From a virus, in the IMG/VR virus record IMGVR_UViG_3300019889_000008, positions 9,827 to 73,826 of that record: a DNA stretch of 64,000 nucleotides; one strand, 5' to 3'. Positions 59,088 to 64,000 of the stretch are shown here, one piece after another. Position numbers and translations under genes: made by a program. Position 1 is the first letter of the stretch. Every line of letters begins with the position of its first letter. The notes under the pieces were generated by a model. The model did no database searches and was not told the DNA's origin. It saw nothing but the letters and a program-made list of their open reading frames with translations.

Positions 59088-59332
59088 GGATGGTGGGGTT
59101 CGCGCCGACACCAATGCCGCCGCCGGGCTACTACATCGCCGAGGAACTCAAGGCCCGCGGCATCACCGTAGAGGACTTCGCTCGCCATCTCCGCATAGAC
59201 GGATGGCACGCGGAGCGGCTGCTGGACGGGGGTCTGCGGATCGATGAGCCATTCGCCGCTGCGATCGGGCAGCTGTTCGAGGTGTCGCCCGATCTGTTCC
59301 TCAACCTCCAGCGGGCATACGACGATCAATAG
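59084..59332 (+). CDS. HigA-like antitoxin HTH protein (orphan)
   Basis: PPGYYIAEELKARGIT..FA..SPDLFLNLQRAYD. Confidence 0.8.
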   Translation: MRMVGFAPTPMPPPGYYIAEELKARGITVEDFARHLRIDGWHAERLLDGGLRIDEPFAAAIGQLFEVSPDLFLNLQRAYDDQ

Positions 59333-59415
59333 CCGGGACTCATGCCGGAAAATCAATATCTTGTGCGATGCCGCACGGTGTGTCAGCATCCCCCCCATCA
59401 TGACGAACTGTCAGT

Positions 59416-59447
59416 GACGCCCGGCCTGAGCCGGGCGTTCCTGTTTT
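59416..59447 (+). terminator. Terminator hairpin between convergent genes
   Basis: GACGCCCGGC CTGA GCCGGGCGTT then CCTGTTTT. Confidence 0.65.
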
Positions 59448-59755
59448 CAGTGCTGACTCACCTGCCCGGGCGAAGTCGCGATCTCCTCCGCCGTGGACAT
59501 GGCGTCGAGGATTTTAGCCAAGTGGTCGATGTCGGTCTGTTTGAGATCGTCCGGCGAAGACCGGTTGAAGAAAACATGGCTCAACTTGCCCATCGCCAGG
59601 ATCTTGGCGTCAATCTGTGCTTTCAGAAATAGGAACTGATCCTCCAGGCTAAGGACAGGGTCTTGGTCAGGCATGATCGGTATCTCCGGGTTGCGGCCTT
59701 GTGGCCTTGGTTCGACGGCTGGACGTTCGCTCTTTCTGGCGGCGAATGGAAGCGA

Positions 59756-60229
59756 TCAGGGCTGATCACTGATCAGAAGCTCGAACTGGTCTGGACCGAT
59801 CTTCATCCGGAGCACCTCGCCCGCGGTCCTGTCGATCCAATGCTGGATGTCGTAGGCGTCGATCTTCTCGACCCCGTCGTCGCCGCCGAAGGACTCGTTC
59901 TTGGCGCCCCACACTGTATCGGGGTCCATGGTTTCGGGATCGCACTCCTTGGCGTAGGCGACCCGCTGCATCCGTTCGCTGGCCATCAGCGCCGGCCGCC
60001 CGTTGCTGACGAGGTAGACGCCGTCGTCGCCCACCAGATGCAGGCCGGGAGTGATCAGGGCCGGGTCCACGTCCTCGGGCAGCACGGCGCCCGCGTCGAA
60101 GTCTGGCGCGTTGCCGTCCTTGCGGCACTCGGGATCGCACATCTCTTCGAACGTCGGGGCGTGCTCGGGCGCGGTGAAGGCGTGATCGAGAAGCTCTTTC
60201 ACCGCGGCTTTGTTGAATGTGAGGATCAT
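59756..60229 (-). CDS. DUF3085-like protein
   Basis: PGLHLVGDDGVYLVSNG..VAYAKECDP..FGGDDGVE. Confidence 0.75.
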   Translation of the reverse strand: MILTFNKAAVKELLDHAFTAPEHAPTFEEMCDPECRKDGNAPDFDAGAVLPEDVDPALITPGLHLVGDDGVYLVSNGRPALMASERMQRVAYAKECDPETMDPDTVWGAKNESFGGDDGVEKIDAYDIQHWIDRTAGEVLRMKIGPDQFELLISDQP

Positions 60230-60245
60230 CTGGTCTCTCCGGGTT

Positions 60246-60398
60246 GTCGTCGATTCACTAGGGGGTCGTCGATCTACTTGGGGGTTTTGCCGGCCGCCGG
60301 CCGATTTCGGCGGCCCTCGGGCCGAGCCCGGCCGCCCGGTCGTCGATCGACTGGGGGTGGTCGTCGATCTACCAGGGGGTCGTCGACCGACCGGGGGG
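60246..60398 (+). repeat. Five ~19-bp repeats GTCGTCGAYYNACYNGGGG
   Basis: Copies start at 60246, 60265, 60339, 60360 and 60379. Confidence 0.8.
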
Positions 60399-61163
60399 TT
60401 CGGGCGATCCGGCCGATTTCGGTGTCTCCCATCGGAGACACCCCCTGTCACCGAATGGAGACACCCCCCAACCGCGACTCGGTCGCAACGGTGGCCGGCC
60501 CGCCAAAATGCGAAGCGGTCGCAATGGACCCCAGGCTCGGCGATCTCGGGCCGCCCACAAGGGCCGCCCGTGAAACCCGGCCGATCGGTACTACCAGCCC
60601 GGCTTGGCGATCTCTGGCCGGCCGAAAACCGTCCAAGCGGACTGCCCTGGCCCGCTAGGGCGAGCCCCGCCGGGGGCCAAGCTGGGGCCAAGCTGGGCGA
60701 GCCCGGCTGTAGGGCCGGCCCCACCAGCGCCACCAGGGCCGCCCCACCAGGGCCGGGCCCGGCTGGCCCCCACCAGCGCCGGCCCGGCTGTAGAGCGGCC
60801 CCACCATGGCGGGCCATGGCAACGCGGGGCGATTTGGGCCAGGGCCGGCCCGCACAGGGGGCCGCCAAGGGCCCTTGGCCGAGTGCCGTGGTAGGGTGGC
60901 CTAGGCGAAACCGACTGCCCTTGTACAGGGCCCCTACGCAACCGGGCCCCCGGCCCCCGGCCCAGGCCGGCCCCGTTGGGCCCGCCTGGACGAGGCTTGG
61001 CCCGCCGGCTGTAGGGCCGCGGGGCTGGGCTTGGGTCGGGCGTAGGCTGGGGCTGGGCCCCATGGCGACTCCTGTGGCGCCGGGGCCGGCTGGCCCTGGC
61101 ACTGGCAAAGCCCCGCGCGGCGGTTGCCGGCGGGGCTGTAGGGGCTGGGCTGGTAGGGCTGGC

Positions 61164-61770
61164 CTAGCGGGGCTTGGGCGGGGCGTTTTTCGCCCCCCAG
61201 GCGGCCCGGTTTTCGCCCTCGGCTCTTGCCATGGCTTCCGAATAGTAATGGCCAAGGTCTTGGTACTGTAGCGCAACACCATAGGCGTGCCTGGAAAGCT
61301 CAATAGCCAAGTCATACTGGAAAGAAACCCTGGCTTCCGTGGTTTTCACCAGTAGCCACTCAACAATATCCTCTGGTGGCAACTTGCCGATTTCTACATT
61401 GCGGCGGCGCGGGTTCATAGGTTTGGCTCCGGGTTGTGGGGGCCCTGGCCGGCCCCTGGCACTGCCTCGGCCCCGCGCGGCGAAAGCCGGCGGGGCTGGG
61501 CTGGTGTAGCGGCGGGGCCGCCTAGCAGGTTTCGCCGCTGGCAAGTAGGGCGTAGAAAGCGCGCTGCTGGGCTTCCTGGGCCGCGCTCTTGGCTTCATGG
61601 GCCGCCACCAGCGCCGGGCCCCAGTCGGCGCGCTGGTAACTGTAGCGCCGGGCTGTAGCGGCCCGCCGGCCAAACTGAGCCACTAGGGCCGCCGTGAAAG
61701 CGTTGTCGGTTTCCTGGGCCGCCAAGTTGGCATCGTAGTAGGTTTGGCCCAAGGGGGTACGGGTGGCCAT
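61164..61770 (-). CDS. Two small hypothetical genes (61164-61418, 61522-61770)
   Basis: Each preceded by AACCCGGAG and a GGCAGTGC element. Confidence 0.6.
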
Positions 61771-61891
61771 GGTGGACTCCGGGTTAGGGGGCCGCGTTGC
61801 GGGCCCTTGCACTGCCTTAGCCCCGTTGGCCGGGGCCAAGCGGGGCTGGTGGCAAGTAAGGGGCCAGCCGAAGCCGGCCCCCGCCAAGTAA

Positions 61892-62560
61892 CTAGCCAAC
61901 GATTCGGTACACCATTTCACCGTCGACCTTTTCGGCTTCTACGGCCAGCCCAAGCTTCACCTTGATGGCCCCAGCAATGGCGCCGCGGGCCGTGTGGCGT
62001 TGCCAGCCGAAAGCCTCCATGGCCTGGGTCAGGGTACAGCCCTCGGGCCGCCGCAACATGGCCACATAGCGCGAAAGCTTGGTGTCCCGCGGCGCCTTGG
62101 GCTCGGCCGGCTTCTTTTCCGCCTTGGGCTTGCGGGGTGCCTTGGCCGGCTTCGCCCCGCGCTTGGCGCGCTCCTTCAAGAGTCCGGCGGTAAGCGCATC
62201 CTTGCCCTTGCCACGGGCCGCCTTGGCAGCCTTGCCGGCCGGCTTGGCCCGCAACTTCACCGGGGGCTCGTCCACCAGATCCGAAAGCGGAGTCCCTGAG
62301 TCGGTGGCCGGGCCGCCGGCCGGCTGGCCCGCCGAGTTCGTAGCCTCGGCGAAAGCGTAGGGCACCGGCTCGGTGGTGGCGCTAGGGGATGGCCCAGGCT
62401 GCGCGGGTTCGAAGGCGTGCGCTGTATGGATCGATGTAGCGCCGGCCGGGGCCGCCGTGGGGAAAGTGAATCCCCCCTCGGTGGCGTACACGGTGGCCGG
62501 GTCCACGTTGGCAGCCTTGGCTGCGCGGATCGCGTTGGACTTGGTGCTGTAGGTTTTCAC
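61892..62560 (-). CDS. DUF3489-domain protein
   Basis: TKL..VAMLRRPEGCT..GWQRHTARGAIAG..KLGL..VYRI. Confidence 0.85.
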   Translation of the reverse strand: MKTYSTKSNAIRAAKAANVDPATVYATEGGFTFPTAAPAGATSIHTAHAFEPAQPGPSPSATTEPVPYAFAEATNSAGQPAGGPATDSGTPLSDLVDEPPVKLRAKPAGKAAKAARGKGKDALTAGLLKERAKRGAKPAKAPRKPKAEKKPAEPKAPRDTKLSRYVAMLRRPEGCTLTQAMEAFGWQRHTARGAIAGAIKVKLGLAVEAEKVDGEMVYRIVG

Positions 62561-62661
62561 GGTGGTTCTCCGGGTTTGCGGGCCCCTGGATCGGGGCCCT
62601 TGCACTGCCCTAAGCCCAGCCGCTTTCGCGGGCTGGGCTGGGCTGTAGGGGCTGGGCCGGC

Positions 62662-62868
62662 CTAGTCCTCGGCGCCGATGGCCAACTCGGCGACCCGCTC
62701 CAGTAGGGTCGCGATCCGGCCCGCCTCGCCAACGTGGCCCCAATTCACGTCGTCCGGGCTCACGCCGAAATGTTCGTTGCTGGCCCGCTGGACCACCGCC
62801 AGTAAGGCGTCGATCCGGTTCTTGTGGGCAACAAAGTTGGCCAGGGCTGACTCGTTGGTGGTGGCCAT
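62662..62868 (-). CDS. Small conserved phage protein
   Basis: ALANF..IDALL..HFGVSPDDVNWGHVG. Confidence 0.75.
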   Translation of the reverse strand: MATTNESALANFVAHKNRIDALLAVVQRASNEHFGVSPDDVNWGHVGEAGRIATLLERVAELAIGAED

Positions 62869-63041
62869 GGGGCTTCTCCGGGTTGCGGGCCCTTGGGGCC
62901 CTGGTGGCGTTTCCGCCGGGTTCGTTTCAACACCAGCAATATGGCTCGTTTCCGGGCCCCGTGGGAAGTCGGAAACCGCGGAAAACCGCGGAGTTCGATT
63001 GCGTAGATCCCCCCCTTTCTGATAATCATCGGGTCACACAT

Positions 63042-63377
63042 ATGAGCCCTGGCCAGCCCCGCCGGGCCCGCTACGCCAAGGCGCCGTGGGACTCCCTATA
63101 CAAGACCGCGCGGTGGCGCGCGCTACGGCGGGCCCAGCTTGCGCGGGAACCCTGTTGCGCCATGTGTACAGCCGTGGGGCTGGTACGGGCCGCCACCGTG
63201 GCCGACCACATACAGCCCCACAAGGGCAACCCGGCCCTTTTCTACGACCCGGCCAACCTACAGACCCTTTGCAAGCCCCACCACGACTCGGCCAAGCAAC
63301 GGTGGGAAAGGCTGGGGCTGGTGGAAACCGGGGCCAATGGTTGGCCCGTGGTGGCCCCGCCGGGCCCCCGCCGCTAG
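63042..63377 (+). CDS. HNH endonuclease (terminase-associated, HK97 gp74-like)
   Basis: W..LR..QL.REPCC.MC..ATVADHIQPHKG..NLQTLCKPHHDS.K. Confidence 0.9.
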   Translation: MSPGQPRRARYAKAPWDSLYKTARWRALRRAQLAREPCCAMCTAVGLVRAATVADHIQPHKGNPALFYDPANLQTLCKPHHDSAKQRWERLGLVETGANGWPVVAPPGPRR

Positions 63378-63580
63378 GGCCAGCCCCGCTCCGGCCGGCC
63401 AGGGCCCAGCCCGGCCCCACGCCATGGGCTCGACCCACGGGGGCCAGCTGGCCCAGCTTGGCCCCAGCTAGCGGCGGGCCAGGGCCACCAGCCCCAGCCG
63501 GCCAGCCCCGCGGGCCCAGCGCCACCAGGGCCACGCCGAGCCCCGGCTGGCCCCACCCTTTCGACCTGGTCGCGGCCCGG

Positions 63581-63930
63581 CGATCCTACACGGCGGCGAC
63601 GATGAACCCGGCCAAGCCATACCACCAGCCCGGCTTGGCGATCCGACCCGGTATCCACTCGGCGCCACGGTGAAACCGGCCAAGCGATCCAACTCGGCCG
63701 GCGCGGCGATCCGAAACGATCCACACGGCAGGCGCGATGAACTCGGCCGGCCGATCCTACACGGCGGCGACGACCATCGATCCACGATCCACCCGCCGCC
63801 GACGATGAACTCGGTCGATCCACCAGGGGCCGATGGAAGATCGAGGCGGCCGGGCTCGATCGAGGCGGGGGTCGGCGCCTTTGGATCCAAGGTCTGGACC
63901 GTGAACATCGACTCGATTCTTGCTCGGATC
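63581..63930 (+). repeat. GATC-dense degenerate repeat block near the presumed genome end
   Basis: 13 GATC in about 350 bp; 22-bp repeat CGATCCTACACGGCGGCGACGA at 63581 and 63752. Confidence 0.75.
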
Positions 63931-64000
63931 GGCCGGCGGACCGCTCGATTCTTGCGGGAAGGGGGGGGTCCCTGCGACTGCTTCTTAATACGGCCGGGGG

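Noticed and set aside
60230-61315. N-terminal extension of the 519-aa ORF and the opposite 353-aa ORF
   Set aside because: Low-complexity P/G/R translation of repetitive DNA; the real start at 60229 has an RBS
63930-64000. cos site
   Set aside because: Position after the HNH gene is suggestive, but no terminase gene or end data are in the window to support coordinates

Overview
The window is about 64 kb of a temperate, HK97-like long-tailed phage genome with high GC. The host is probably an alphaproteobacterium, inferred from the initiator-type tRNA body, a DUF3489 gene, a GTA-like tail module and a GANTC cluster. It starts inside the portal gene. Gene order is head-tail/tail module (1-16.5 kb), lysis cassette (16.8-19.2 kb), control region, and a rightward block of small accessory genes (20-30 kb). 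A long leftward block (30.5-46.4 kb) follows, carrying a Ro60/TROVE gene, two Y RNAs, several irregular tRNAs, a metallophosphoesterase, a macrodomain, a candidate attP, integrase/excisionase, an adenine MTase and ERF/Gp157 recombination genes. A rightward replication/modification block (46.8-59.3 kb) has an intein-containing primase-helicase, an Acb2-like protein, an overprinted C5 MTase, a DpdA-like protein and a YhhQ transporter. The right end is compositionally distinct and carries an HNH gene. The strongest candidate for an undescribed system is the leftward RNA module. It combines Ro60, a YrlA-type Y RNA, a second minimal Y RNA sharing the same stem motif, an (8/4) allo-tRNA, a D-armless tRNA-Tyr with a possible pseudoknot, a C33 initiator-derived tRNA and a tRNA-shaped RNA with non-tRNA loops. 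All family calls come from motif recognition by eye; no searches were run.
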